A stretch of 64,000 nucleotides of DNA from Acidobacteriota bacterium (lineage in GTDB: Bacteria > Acidobacteriota > UBA6911 > RPQK01 > JADFOI01): NCBI GenBank assembly GCA_963663035.1, contig OY760074.1, forward strand, positions 2,400,001 through 2,464,000, read 5' to 3'. Shown piece after piece: positions 28,209-37,424 of this stretch (positions within the stretch are counted from its first letter, which is position 1; every line of letters starts with the position of its first letter). Made by a program: the position numbers and the translations under genes. The notes under the pieces were generated by a model. The model did no database searches, was not told where the DNA came from, and saw only the letters and a list, made by a program, of their open reading frames with translations.

Positions 28209-29429
28209 TTACAGCGGAATGTCGTTAATACTGAAGATGGAATACAACAAGGACACGACCATCACCCCGATGATGAGTCCCATGACCACAATTATGGCCG
28301 GTTCAAAGAGGGCAACCAATCGCTTGAGTGATCTTCTCAGCTCCCGGTCATAGCTTTCAGCAATCTGCAGCAGCATGTCATCCAGCCTTCCGGTTTCCTC
28401 CCCAACTGCAAGCAGGTGCAACGCAAAGGGTGGAAAGATTTGGGCTTCCCGAATGGGTGCGGTTAATCCTTCTCCCCTTTTCACACCCGATTTGATGGAT
28501 TCCATGGTTGAGGCAATGGCCTGATTTTCCACGACTTCCTTGACGATATTGATGGACTGAATCAGTGGAACCGCACTATGGAGAAGAGTCCCAAGGGTAC
28601 GGCTAAACCGGCTCACCTCAATCTTCTGAAGAACAGAGCCGACAACCGGCAGCTTCAACTTCCGCTGGTCCCAATGCAAACGCCCCTCCTCGGTCTTCAG
28701 ACGAGTGTGGATCCAATACCAGACGGCAAATGCCGCCGACAGGATCAGCCACCAGTAACCGGTCAGGAGTCCGCTTAATCCCAGCAGGATCAACATGGGA
28801 AGTGGAATGGGCGCACCTGCGTTGTCAAAGATGGTCGCGAACTGCGGGATCACAACAGTCATCATGACGACAATTGAAATGCTGGCAACGGCAGCCAAGA
28901 CACAAGGATAGATCAGTGAGGAAATCAAGTAACTGCGAAACTCGTCTACGTCTTCGAGATAATCCACCAGGCGCTCTAAAATCTGGTCCAGAGCACCTCC
29001 GATCTCTCCCGCTTTGACCAAGTTGACGTAGACTCTGGGGAAAACCTGAGGATAGATGTGGAGTGCATCGGAAAGGGACTTGCCACCTTTGATCTCACTG
29101 AGAAGTTCGCGGACAACTTCGCTCAGGTAAGGATTCTCCGTTAAATTCGAAAGAATACTCAGGCTGCGATCCAGAGTTAGTCCGGCCTTCACCAGAGTCG
29201 CAAGCTCCTGAGTGAAGATGAGCAGGTCTTCTTGAGGGACCTTTTTTCTCTTCCAGGGAAGTCGAATCTCTCGACTCAGTAAGCCAGCTTCCTCACCGGA
29301 GAAAACCTTGATGGGCATCTGCCCCTGCTGTTGAAGCCGGGCCATGACCGTCTCCTGGTCAGCCGCCTCCAAGGTGCCCTCAACCACTTTTCCATCCGGC
29401 GTTACCGCCTTGTATCGAAAGGAAGTCAT
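28209..29429 (-). CDS. gspF: Inner-membrane platform protein GspF
   Basis: FRYKAV, AGEIGG, LIYP, VGEETG and FEP motifs; start MTSF. Confidence 0.95.
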   Translation of the reverse strand: MTSFRYKAVTPDGKVVEGTLEAADQETVMARLQQQGQMPIKVFSGEEAGLLSREIRLPWKRKKVPQEDLLIFTQELATLVKAGLTLDRSLSILSNLTENPYLSEVVRELLSEIKGGKSLSDALHIYPQVFPRVYVNLVKAGEIGGALDQILERLVDYLEDVDEFRSYLISSLIYPCVLAAVASISIVVMMTVVIPQFATIFDNAGAPIPLPMLILLGLSGLLTGYWWLILSAAFAVWYWIHTRLKTEEGRLHWDQRKLKLPVVGSVLQKIEVSRFSRTLGTLLHSAVPLIQSINIVKEVVENQAIASTMESIKSGVKRGEGLTAPIREAQIFPPFALHLLAVGEETGRLDDMLLQIAESYDRELRRSLKRLVALFEPAIIVVMGLIIGVMVVSLLYSIFSINDIPL

Positions 29430-29437
29430 AGCTAAAG

Positions 29438-29505
29438 TAGGAGACAGGAGGCAGGAGACAGGAGTCAGAAGCAAGATCTGAAACCTGGAACCTGAATCCT
29501 GGCAC
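29438..29505. repeat. Head-to-head heptamer arrays between gspE and gspF
   Basis: TAGGAGA CAGGAGG CAGGAGA CAGGAGT CAGAAG ... CTGAAAC CTGGAAC CTGAATC CTGGCAC. Confidence 0.85.
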
Positions 29506-31221
29506 TCACGAATCCTGGGTGACTCTCAGAACCTCCGCAATCGTCGTGACCCCCTGTTTGATCTTTTCAAACCCATCGTCTCGCAAAGTGGTCATGCCAC
29601 CGCGAACGGCCGCCTTTCTCAGCTTAGTGGCCTCGGCATTGGAAATGGTTAAGCGGCGAATCTCCTCATCCATTAACATCAACTCAAAAATACCCACCCG
29701 TCCCTGATAACCCGTTTGGCCGCATTCTGTGCATCCCTTTCCCTCAAAAACTCTGGTGTCTGAATCCAGCGGGAACCCGATCTCCTCCAAGATGCCGCTC
29801 TCCATCGGCTGCTCTTCCTTACAGTGGGAGCAAATGACACGGACCAGACGTTGGGCCAGAACTCCCAGTATGGAAGAGGCCAACAAATAATCCTGTGCGC
29901 CCATATCCACCAGTCGAGCGATAGCGCTGGGGGCATCATTGGTATGCAGTGTGCTAAAAACCAGATGACCGGTCAGGGCAGCTCTGATACCAATCTCAGC
30001 GGTCTCAAGGTCACGCATTTCTCCCACCATGATTACATCCGGATCCTGGCGCACGATGGATCGAAGTCCAGCTGCAAAAGTCAGCCCGATCTGAGGATTG
30101 ACGTGGATTTGATTGATACCGTTAATCTGGTATTCCACAGGATCTTCAATCGTAATTATTTTCTTATCAGGCTGATTGATCTTGGTCAGAGCACCGTAGA
30201 GGGTGGTTGTCTTACCGCTGCCGGTGGGACCTGTAACCAGGATGATCCCATGAGGACGCGAGATCAACTGCTCGTACTGCTGATGCATCTGGGAGGAAAA
30301 GCCGAGTTTCTCCAAATCGTAGATTTGGGTGTTGCTCTTATCCAGGATGCGCATGACCACGCTTTCTCCATACATGGTGGGAAGTGTGGACACTCGAAGG
30401 TCGATATCCCTTCCCAGAACCTTTATCTTAATGCGGCCGTCCTGAGGGATTCTCCGCTCAGCAATATTGAGTCTGGCCATAATCTTAACCCGAGAAATGA
30501 TGGCCGCTTTGAGCTTCTTGGGCGGGGACTCTTCGTCGCAAAGAATGCCGTCAATGCGGAAGCGCACCTTGAGATCACGCTCAAACGGCTCAATATGGAT
30601 ATCCGAAGCACGGGATTCGATGGCACGTGACATGATGAGATTAACCAACCGAATGACAGGGGCTTCCGATGCCAGATCCTTGAGATGTTCCACATCTTCC
30701 AGCTCCTCACTGACCAGGTCACTGTCGCCCGCGATGTCCTCCACGATCCTGTCCAGGGTCGAAGCCTGGCTCCCGTAAAATTTCTCGATCAGATCGAGAA
30801 TGGCGTTTTCGGGGCCCAAAAACACTTGAAGGTTCTGGAAACCGGTGTAGAGACGAATGGTGTCCAGCGTGGAGTAATCCTGGGGGTTGGCCATGGCAAG
30901 AATCAGTTTGTTCTCGTCCTCCACCTTGATGGGAATGAATTTGCATTCGCGCATAAAGTTCGCCGAGAAAGTACCCTCCAGCACCGGAACCTGAGGAAGA
31001 TCCTCGGCCGTCACGTAGGGGATACCTAAATAGGCACTCAGATGGCCCACCAGATCGGCCTCGGAAATCGCTCCAATATCTATGAAAAGCTTACCGATTC
31101 GGTCCACTGACTGGTGCTGCAGACTGAGAGCAGTCGCCAACTCTTCCTGGGAGATGACTCCTTTTTCCAGCAGCTCCTGGCCGAAAGGCTTCTGAGTCTT
31201 TAGCTGTGACAGCTCAATCAT
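29506..31221 (-). CDS. gspE: Type II secretion ATPase GspE
   Basis: ASDIHIEP, GPTGSGKTTT, EDPVE, RQDPD, TGHLV and tetracysteine motifs. Confidence 0.96.
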   Translation of the reverse strand: MIELSQLKTQKPFGQELLEKGVISQEELATALSLQHQSVDRIGKLFIDIGAISEADLVGHLSAYLGIPYVTAEDLPQVPVLEGTFSANFMRECKFIPIKVEDENKLILAMANPQDYSTLDTIRLYTGFQNLQVFLGPENAILDLIEKFYGSQASTLDRIVEDIAGDSDLVSEELEDVEHLKDLASEAPVIRLVNLIMSRAIESRASDIHIEPFERDLKVRFRIDGILCDEESPPKKLKAAIISRVKIMARLNIAERRIPQDGRIKIKVLGRDIDLRVSTLPTMYGESVVMRILDKSNTQIYDLEKLGFSSQMHQQYEQLISRPHGIILVTGPTGSGKTTTLYGALTKINQPDKKIITIEDPVEYQINGINQIHVNPQIGLTFAAGLRSIVRQDPDVIMVGEMRDLETAEIGIRAALTGHLVFSTLHTNDAPSAIARLVDMGAQDYLLASSILGVLAQRLVRVICSHCKEEQPMESGILEEIGFPLDSDTRVFEGKGCTECGQTGYQGRVGIFELMLMDEEIRRLTISNAEATKLRKAAVRGGMTTLRDDGFEKIKQGVTTIAEVLRVTQDS

Positions 31222-31767
31222 TTAATACTCGAGGACACTAATCCGTTGCACAAATTGCTCAAAGGAGATCTTCTCAGTGGTCAAGAGGTCCAGATCCTCC
31301 TTGAGGGTTGATATGACCAATACAGTTGTCTTTTTCGTGGAATCCAGTTCATTTCGATCTTCGACATGGGCACTTAGGGAGAGACGATTCTGAGGGGTGA
31401 GTTGCTTAAACGCAGAACCGTAATCTGCCAGGCACCTCACCATGGCATCTTTCAAAACGCGAAGCTGCTCCGCCTTTGAAAGCTGTTCTTCCGTCCGCGC
31501 CGGTATCTCCCCGAAGGGTGTACGAATCCTGGATCGATTGATATTGAGATGAAAGGAAACCACCACACCGTGGCCCTCCAGGTAAGATCCTTCTGCCTCT
31601 CCTGTGACTGCGAAAGGATTGGGGAAATTCTGGCTGAGGATTTCACCCACAATCCGCTCAAAAATCAGTGTGTTCTTCTTCAGCCTTTGCAGATCCAGAT
31701 CTGGAGCTGCAAAGGCTGTCGTTCCAGTGAGAAGCAACACGAGTAGAACAGATAGACGATTTCCCAT
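31222..31767 (-). CDS. Hypothetical exported protein of the ECF-T2SS operon
   Basis: Signal peptide (LSVLLVLLLTGTTAFA-A); YLEGHGVVVS motif; abuts the gspE start. Confidence 0.65.
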   Translation of the reverse strand: MGNRLSVLLVLLLTGTTAFAAPDLDLQRLKKNTLIFERIVGEILSQNFPNPFAVTGEAEGSYLEGHGVVVSFHLNINRSRIRTPFGEIPARTEEQLSKAEQLRVLKDAMVRCLADYGSAFKQLTPQNRLSLSAHVEDRNELDSTKKTTVLVISTLKEDLDLLTTEKISFEQFVQRISVLEY

Positions 31768-31777
31768 AGCCAATGCT

Positions 31778-32350
31778 CTATCGCGAAAGTAGCGTTCGCA
31801 AATAGTGATTGTTTTCCTCCAAATTCTCCACATAGCGCTGTTCAAGACTGAGCAGGTATTGCTCTAATTGCTCGACGTTCGTCCTCTGTTGGAGATCCAT
31901 GTCTTCCTTGACCCGCAGGAGAGCCCTGAGCATCAACTGGCGCTCTTCCGTCTGTTGGGCCACAATCCTGTCCTGAACCGTTTCCGTGAGCTGCTGCTCG
32001 GAAATCACCAGACGCTTACCCCCGAGATACCCCATATATTGAAGAATGGTCACCACACCGACGATGATCAGAAACCCAGCGGCGATCTTCTGAAGTACGG
32101 GCACCCAGCCTATGCGGCCCAGCGACCGGCGGAAGGCAATGGCAGCCGGGCGGGTTTCCGCCTCACTGGCGCGTTGATGTTCAACTTTCCACTCCCCCAG
32201 CATTTCTCGGGTTTCCAACATTTCCACATATTCCCGATTGCATTCAGAGCACTGACTGAGGTGCTGAAAGAACTCGAACCCCCGGCGGGGGTTCACTTCT
32301 TCCCCGTATAGCACATCAATCATCCCGGCTTGACTCTGCTCACAGTTCAT
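31778..32350 (-). CDS. Transmembrane zf-HC2 anti-sigma factor
   Basis: HLSQCSEC, TM helix and periplasmic coiled coil; overlaps the sigma stop. Confidence 0.85.
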   Translation of the reverse strand: MNCEQSQAGMIDVLYGEEVNPRRGFEFFQHLSQCSECNREYVEMLETREMLGEWKVEHQRASEAETRPAAIAFRRSLGRIGWVPVLQKIAAGFLIIVGVVTILQYMGYLGGKRLVISEQQLTETVQDRIVAQQTEERQLMLRALLRVKEDMDLQQRTNVEQLEQYLLSLEQRYVENLEENNHYLRTLLSR

Positions 32351-32934
32351 CCTCTTGCCTCCATCAGTTTTCTCAAGGTCTTTAATCCCAGATACATCCG
32401 AGACTTGACCGTGGACAGGGGTATACCCAGGATCTCTGAGATTTCGTGGAATTTCAGTCCCTGATACTCCTTCATCAAAATAACCGCCTTCTGTTCTTCG
32501 GGCAGCTGACTGAAAACCCCCCTCAGAAGCTCGACGTCCTCCTTGGCCGCCAGCTCTGTCTCCGGCGTTGCCGTCGCCGCAACAAGCTCTGGCCGGCCTG
32601 GAGAATCCTCCTCATCCTGCAAAGACACCAAGTGCACCCTGCGCTGCCGGCGAAAGCGCATCCGGCACTCATTCAGGGCGATCTTGTAGAGCCAGGAGGA
32701 GAATCGCGCTGGATCGGCAAGGCGATCCAGGTTCGTGTAGGCCTTCGTGAACGTGTCCTGCGTGAGGTCTTGAGCATCAGTACTATTCCCCACATAGCGA
32801 CAGATAAAACCGTAAATCTTGCGCTGCCATCTCTCGATTAACTCGCCGAAGCAAGCCCGGTCCCCCTGGAGCGCCAACTCCAGGAGATACTCGTCGCTGC
32901 GCGTCATTTCCTCTCCCGGATACTCAAGATGCAT
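32347..32934 (-). CDS. ECF RNA polymerase sigma factor
   Basis: DAQDLTQDTF, FSSWLYKIALN and STVKSR motifs; start may be 32907. Confidence 0.93.
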   Translation of the reverse strand: MHLEYPGEEMTRSDEYLLELALQGDRACFGELIERWQRKIYGFICRYVGNSTDAQDLTQDTFTKAYTNLDRLADPARFSSWLYKIALNECRMRFRRQRRVHLVSLQDEEDSPGRPELVAATATPETELAAKEDVELLRGVFSQLPEEQKAVILMKEYQGLKFHEISEILGIPLSTVKSRMYLGLKTLRKLMEARG

Positions 32935-33146
32935 GGCGAGCCCAAAAAGTCTAAATAAGTCTGGTCTTTACCTATGTAAGCGTAGCACTCTTGGGCGATT
33001 TGGGGGTGATTGAGGGGAGAAATCCACAAGTCTGAGGCGCAGTAGGACTTTTTCTCTTGACCAACCTTTGACTTTGCTCAGGTACCCGCTTCCTTGTTTC
33101 TCAGTAACTCCTTGAAACATAGAGCTTTAATGACTTCTCTCCCCTT

Positions 33147-33162
33147 TGGTTCGCCAATTGCT
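33147..33162 (+). promoter_or_regulatory. Sigma54-type -24/-12 promoter with no full downstream gene
   Basis: TGGTTCGCCAATTGCT, exact GG-N10-GC spacing. Confidence 0.5.
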
Positions 33163-33309
33163 ATCACTTCTTTTGTGCGAGGCAGTCAAGGGATTGCCCC
33201 CGGGTTCATTTTGGAGGGGTTTCGCAGAAACGGCTCGGGAAACCGGCGAGGCCCCGCCCGGGCATACTGTGGCTACTGGGTACCGATACTGTGGAGGAAA
33301 GGGGATGAA

Positions 33310-34194
33310 CTATTCGGAATCGCGGAAGAATCGAAGCGGATTCAGTGGCTGACCGTTCAGGCGAACTTCATAGTGAAGATGGGGGCCGGTGGCACGTCCT
33401 GTCGAACCCACATAGCCAATGATATCTCCCTTTTTGACCTTTTGACCCGCCTCGACCGAGTAGCGGTCTAAATGACCATAGCGAGTTGAGATGCCGAATT
33501 TGTGTTCCAGGGTCACCAGATTCCCGTAAGAGAATTTTTGCCCTGCGTTGATCACCACTCCGTCGGCCGTTGCGGAGACCTTATTGCCTCGAGGGGCAGA
33601 AATATCGATGCCGGGATGAAAATCGCGTTCTCCACTAAAAGGATCAATCCGGTAGCCAAACCCTCCGGAGGGATAGCCACGCACTGGTACGAGAGCCGGT
33701 GTGGCTGCCAGGAGAATGCTGCGCGTGTTGTACACATCCTGCAGCTGCCTGAACTGGGCCTCCAGGCTGATGCTCTTTCGCTCCAGGGAACTAAAATGGA
33801 TACGGAGACCTTGGGTGTCAAGACTCAGCAGAGGGTTCTCGTAGGCAGAAGGACCGCCCACTCCACCGAGACCTTCCTCATCTAAACCAGAAAGGATCTG
33901 CAGCTTCGTGGAAGTGACCTCCAAGGAGGCAAGCTTTTCACTCAGCTGCCTTGCAGCCAAGCGAAAGGTATCGTTCTCTTTGCTCAGATCATAGGAGGTG
34001 GCCTGTAACTGTTCATGATCCGTGGTTTTCTTCCACATGTGATAGTAGTGCAAGGTGGACAGGGAGAACGAAGAAAGGAGAATCCCCGATGCAATCCCCA
34101 TCATGAGAAGAAACCTTTGAGAGAGTCTGAATCTGCGAGCAGGTAACTCAGCAGAACGAGAAACAATGATCGTTAGATCCCCTCTCTTCCTCAT
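33310..34194 (-). CDS. M23 family metallopeptidase
   Basis: TM plus coiled coil; HPGID (HxxxD), YGHL and TGPHLHYE motifs. Confidence 0.95.
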   Translation of the reverse strand: MRKRGDLTIIVSRSAELPARRFRLSQRFLLMMGIASGILLSSFSLSTLHYYHMWKKTTDHEQLQATSYDLSKENDTFRLAARQLSEKLASLEVTSTKLQILSGLDEEGLGGVGGPSAYENPLLSLDTQGLRIHFSSLERKSISLEAQFRQLQDVYNTRSILLAATPALVPVRGYPSGGFGYRIDPFSGERDFHPGIDISAPRGNKVSATADGVVINAGQKFSYGNLVTLEHKFGISTRYGHLDRYSVEAGQKVKKGDIIGYVGSTGRATGPHLHYEVRLNGQPLNPLRFFRDSE

Positions 34195-34264
34195 TGCATC
34201 ACCTCGCCGAGCAACAGCACAGTATGCACTCCATCCACTATCCCACTAACAAGCAACAAAGTAC

Positions 34265-34294
34265 ATAGTAAAAAGTCGAGTTAGACTGTGTCAA
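34265..34294 (-). promoter_or_regulatory. Sigma70 promoter for the M23 gene
   Basis: TTGACA-N18-TACTAT on the minus strand. Confidence 0.55.
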
Positions 34295-34496
34295 GCCAAT
34301 GGAGGAACCTCCCCCATAGAAACGACTTCCTGACAGAGTTTCTGCTGCTAAATGTTAGTTCGTCTGAAAAGACTAATTTCTCGACTTGCACGGGCAATAG
34401 TTTAACGCTAACCGAGCCGAGTGAACAGTGACGGCTGTCACCGAAACTACGAAAAGAACCCGTCTCGTCTCAATCCCCCCGAAACTGAAAGAAGTT

Positions 34497-34857
34497 TGGT
34501 GGAGGCGGTGGGAATCGAACCCACGTCCGAAAGCCTTCGGTTGCAGAATCTACATGCTTATCCGCTTTCTTTTTTGTCATCCAATCAGGCAAATAAAAGC
34601 GGCAATAACACCTGCTTGAATGTCCCTCAGATATTTTCTCAACTACCCCCTGAAGGAAACAGGATAGCTGAAAATCCCGCAAAAGCGACGTCTTACCCGT
34701 TCCGCGGGCTGAGCGAGTTTGACGGCTGCGCCTTAATTACGCAGCGAGTGGTAACTGTTCGTTGGCAGTTATTTTTGTTCACCACTGTTTTACGAGGTTG
34801 TGGCACCTCGGCATGCATCTACAGCCTCAACTACTCCCGTCGAAGCCAATCGCCCCC
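34497..34857 (-). ncRNA. ssrA: tmRNA, tag peptide (A)NEQLPLAA
   Basis: 5' GGGGGCGATTGGCTTCGAC; resume ...ATAACT GCC AAC GAA CAG TTA CCA CTC GCT GCG TAA; 3' GGTTCGATTCCCACCGCCTCCACCA. Confidence 0.96.
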
Positions 34858-34936
34858 GAACTACTTATCCAGTATACCTTCTGGAACCACACAGTTGCAA
34901 TCAATTCATCCTTCCTCTCTATCTCTTACCTGATCG

Positions 34937-35659
34937 TCACTTTACGGCAACACACCTGTAGCAAAGAGTAAATTCCTTCTTCTGATCCAGCCAGTCCAGA
35001 TAATAGCAGGTGATGGGTCCCACGACGCAGCAGACAAACAGGGTCATCAATTCCAAGGGAGAAAGTAAGATTCGACTGATCCCGATTCGATCCCGAAAGA
35101 GTATTTTCGGGATATAGGTCAATCGCTGACCGATGTAATGGAAATATCCTCCCAAGGGCTGCACTGCGATCTTTTGAAACCCGATCGACTCCAGCAGTGA
35201 TTGCAGCGCGTATTGGGTAAATCGAAAATAGTCATAGGGTTGCTGGTGTTCGTGCCATCCTTGAGGAGCAGTCAAATAAAGACAGCCTCCGGGTTTGAGA
35301 ACACGGTAGATTTCCCTTAAGACTTCCTTGGGGTCCGGAACATGTTCCAGGACCTGGATTTGGAGCACTACATCCACACTGTGAGCTGCTAAAGGGATGG
35401 CCGCCAGATCGGCACAGATGTGAAGCCTGGAATAATCCCAGGTAGGGTCTCCCACCTTGGAATCGAGCGCCAGGTATAGATGATCTAAAAAATGTCCGGG
35501 AAAACGGACTTCCCCAGCTCCCGCATCCAGCACCACGGCGTGCTCGAATAGTGGCCTGGCTGACTGGACAAAGGCCTCGATTGAATATTCCAGAGGATTG
35601 ATCCGGCGTTTCAGCGGTTCCGGCAGCCAATTGTATGCCCGAAGATAGAGATCTGGCAC
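34937..35659 (-). CDS. Class I SAM methyltransferase (type 11-like)
   Basis: VLDAGAG, QVLEHV, LKPGG and H..P.DY.RFT motifs. Confidence 0.88.
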   Translation of the reverse strand: MPDLYLRAYNWLPEPLKRRINPLEYSIEAFVQSARPLFEHAVVLDAGAGEVRFPGHFLDHLYLALDSKVGDPTWDYSRLHICADLAAIPLAAHSVDVVLQIQVLEHVPDPKEVLREIYRVLKPGGCLYLTAPQGWHEHQQPYDYFRFTQYALQSLLESIGFQKIAVQPLGGYFHYIGQRLTYIPKILFRDRIGISRILLSPLELMTLFVCCVVGPITCYYLDWLDQKKEFTLCYRCVAVK

Positions 35660-35664
35660 GGGGA

Positions 35665-35762
35665 GAGAATACAGAATACAGAATCCAGAATCCAGAATTC
35701 AGAAGGTAGGAGGTAGGAGGTAGGAGTCTTCTGTCAGTGGTCAGTGGTCAGCTGTCAGCTGC
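35665..35762. repeat. 14-unit phased composite heptamer array upstream of coaE
   Basis: GAGAATA CAGAATA CAGAATC CAGAATC CAGAATT CAGAAGG TAGGAGG TAGGAGG TAGGAGT CTTCTGT CAGTGGT CAGTGGT CAGCTGT CAGCTGC. Confidence 0.92.
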
Positions 35763-35786
35763 TTCGCTTCATGCTACTATCTCTCC

Positions 35787-36401
35787 ATGCTGAAGGTTGG
35801 GCTGACGGGCGGCATTGGCTGCGGCAAAAGCCACATCCTCAGAGAATTCCATAAACTTGGGGTTTACACCATTGACGCCGATGAAATTGCCCATCAAGTC
35901 ATTCTTCCCGATCAACCCGCCTACGGGAAGATCCTCGACACATTTGGGCCTGAGATTCTGGCAACAGACAAAACGATCGATCGGAAGAAATTAGGCAAGA
36001 TGGTCTTCTCTGATGAGAAGGCACGGCAAAAGTTGAACCAGATCGTGCATCCCCCGATCCTTCAGGAGGAGGCGCGGCTTGTCGCCGAGTGTGAAGAACA
36101 AGAAACTCCGAGATCTCCCATGATTATGGTTGACGCTGCCCTGATGGTTGAAACGGGATCCTATCGAAAATACGACTTTCTCATCGTGGTGTATTGCCAG
36201 CCTGGGGTTCAGCTCCAGCGCTTGCTGTCCCGCGACAGGTTCTCCCAGGAGGAGACACTGCAGCGAATCGGCAGCCAAATGCCCCTTTTGGAAAAGAGCA
36301 AATATGCCGATTACATCATTGAAAACTCGGGAAGACTGTCTGAGGCCAACGAACAAGTGAAACAGATCTTCACTGAACTGCTCAATCGCTGGGAAGGGTG
36401 A
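35787..36401 (+). CDS. coaE: Dephospho-CoA kinase
   Basis: VGLTGGIGCGKS, IDAD, IDRKKLG, IVHP and RIGSQM motifs. Confidence 0.96.
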   Translation: MLKVGLTGGIGCGKSHILREFHKLGVYTIDADEIAHQVILPDQPAYGKILDTFGPEILATDKTIDRKKLGKMVFSDEKARQKLNQIVHPPILQEEARLVAECEEQETPRSPMIMVDAALMVETGSYRKYDFLIVVYCQPGVQLQRLLSRDRFSQEETLQRIGSQMPLLEKSKYADYIIENSGRLSEANEQVKQIFTELLNRWEG

Positions 36402-36405
36402 ACCC

Positions 36406-36482
36406 CTGACACCTGACAACTGACAGCTGACAGAAGACTCCTGTCTCCTGTCTCCTGCCTCCTGACTCCTGACTCCTGCCTT
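36406..36482. repeat. 11-unit composite heptamer array, inverted relative to 35665-35762
   Basis: CTGACAC CTGACAA CTGACAG CTGACAG AAGACTC CTGTCTC CTGTCTC CTGCCTC CTGACTC CTGACTC CTGCCTT. Confidence 0.92.
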
Positions 36483-37424
36483 CTATTCGGTATGAATCAA
36501 CATCGCCGCCAGAAGGGGAATCATGATCTCGTGATGACCGGTTAGGGCGATTCCCTTCCCTCCCTCCAGAACGGGCCGTTCCACGACGTTCTTGGTGGGT
36601 CGGTAATGCTGAATGAAGTCAAGATTAGCGGTGGTGAAGTTCTTGAGTGGCTGCCCGGCGTTTCGGACAAGTGACACGGCTTTCAGGAAAACCTCTGGAA
36701 GAATCACGGCAGATCCCAGATTCAAGTAGACTCCCCCCTCGTTGAGAAGCGAGACCTGCTGTGTGAAGATTCGAAAGTCGATTTGTGAGCTCTTACCCAT
36801 GGCTTCTCCAGAAGCCTCTGGATGGTTGTGAATAATATCGGTACCGATAGCGATAAGAACCGCCAGGGGAATGTCCTTCTGATGTGCTTTGAGCAGCAGG
36901 GACAGTTCAGGGTACTTGGTATCGTGCTGCTTCATGAACTCGCCCACTGACTCCCCGATACCCTGCTCCGCCTGGGCTCCTTTGTTGATGGCTTGATTCA
37001 GGAGCTCTCCCGTCTCTCGAGCCATTCCAAAGGCTCCCGAGCCCAGTTGCTCCCCGACCTCCTCTGAGGTAGCACCGCTCAGCGCGATCTCAAAGTCATG
37101 AATCATGCCGCTTCCGTTGGTGGCAAGTGCTGTCACAAAGCCTCGCTCCATCAGGTCAAGCAGCACGGGCGCCAGTCCAACTTTGACAACATGGCCACCA
37201 AACCCCCAGATAATGGCCCGCCCTTCTTCCCGTGCCTTTTGAATCTTTTCCACCAGAGTGCGCAGGTCATTCGCCCCAAGAAGTTTGGGCAGCGAGGCCG
37301 TGAAGGCCGAGAGCGAATCCTCGCTTAAGGGCTGAGCAAAGTGATCGACACTGACCTTGCTGGGACGGGATTCAAGCGGATAATCCCTGATCTTTTCGGC
37401 CTTGAACTCTTTATACTTGGACAT
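36483..37424 (-). CDS. Conserved protein of the GSU2086 type (deoxyhypusine-synthase-like fold)
   Basis: [34 protein letters not shown] and GHHEIM motifs. Confidence 0.7.
   Translation of the reverse strand: MSKYKEFKAEKIRDYPLESRPSKVSVDHFAQPLSEDSLSAFTASLPKLLGANDLRTLVEKIQKAREEGRAIIWGFGGHVVKVGLAPVLLDLMERGFVTALATNGSGMIHDFEIALSGATSEEVGEQLGSGAFGMARETGELLNQAINKGAQAEQGIGESVGEFMKQHDTKYPELSLLLKAHQKDIPLAVLIAIGTDIIHNHPEASGEAMGKSSQIDFRIFTQQVSLLNEGGVYLNLGSAVILPEVFLKAVSLVRNAGQPLKNFTTANLDFIQHYRPTKNVVERPVLEGGKGIALTGHHEIMIPLLAAMLIHTE

Noticed and set aside
34200-34496. Prophage or island integrated at the tmRNA 3' end
   Set aside because: No integrase and no duplicated tmRNA 3' end seen; the next gene is an ordinary M23 peptidase.
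35665-36482. Heptamer arrays or MITE copies as a CRISPR array
   Set aside because: No 25-45 bp repeats separated by unique spacers, and no cas genes in the window.
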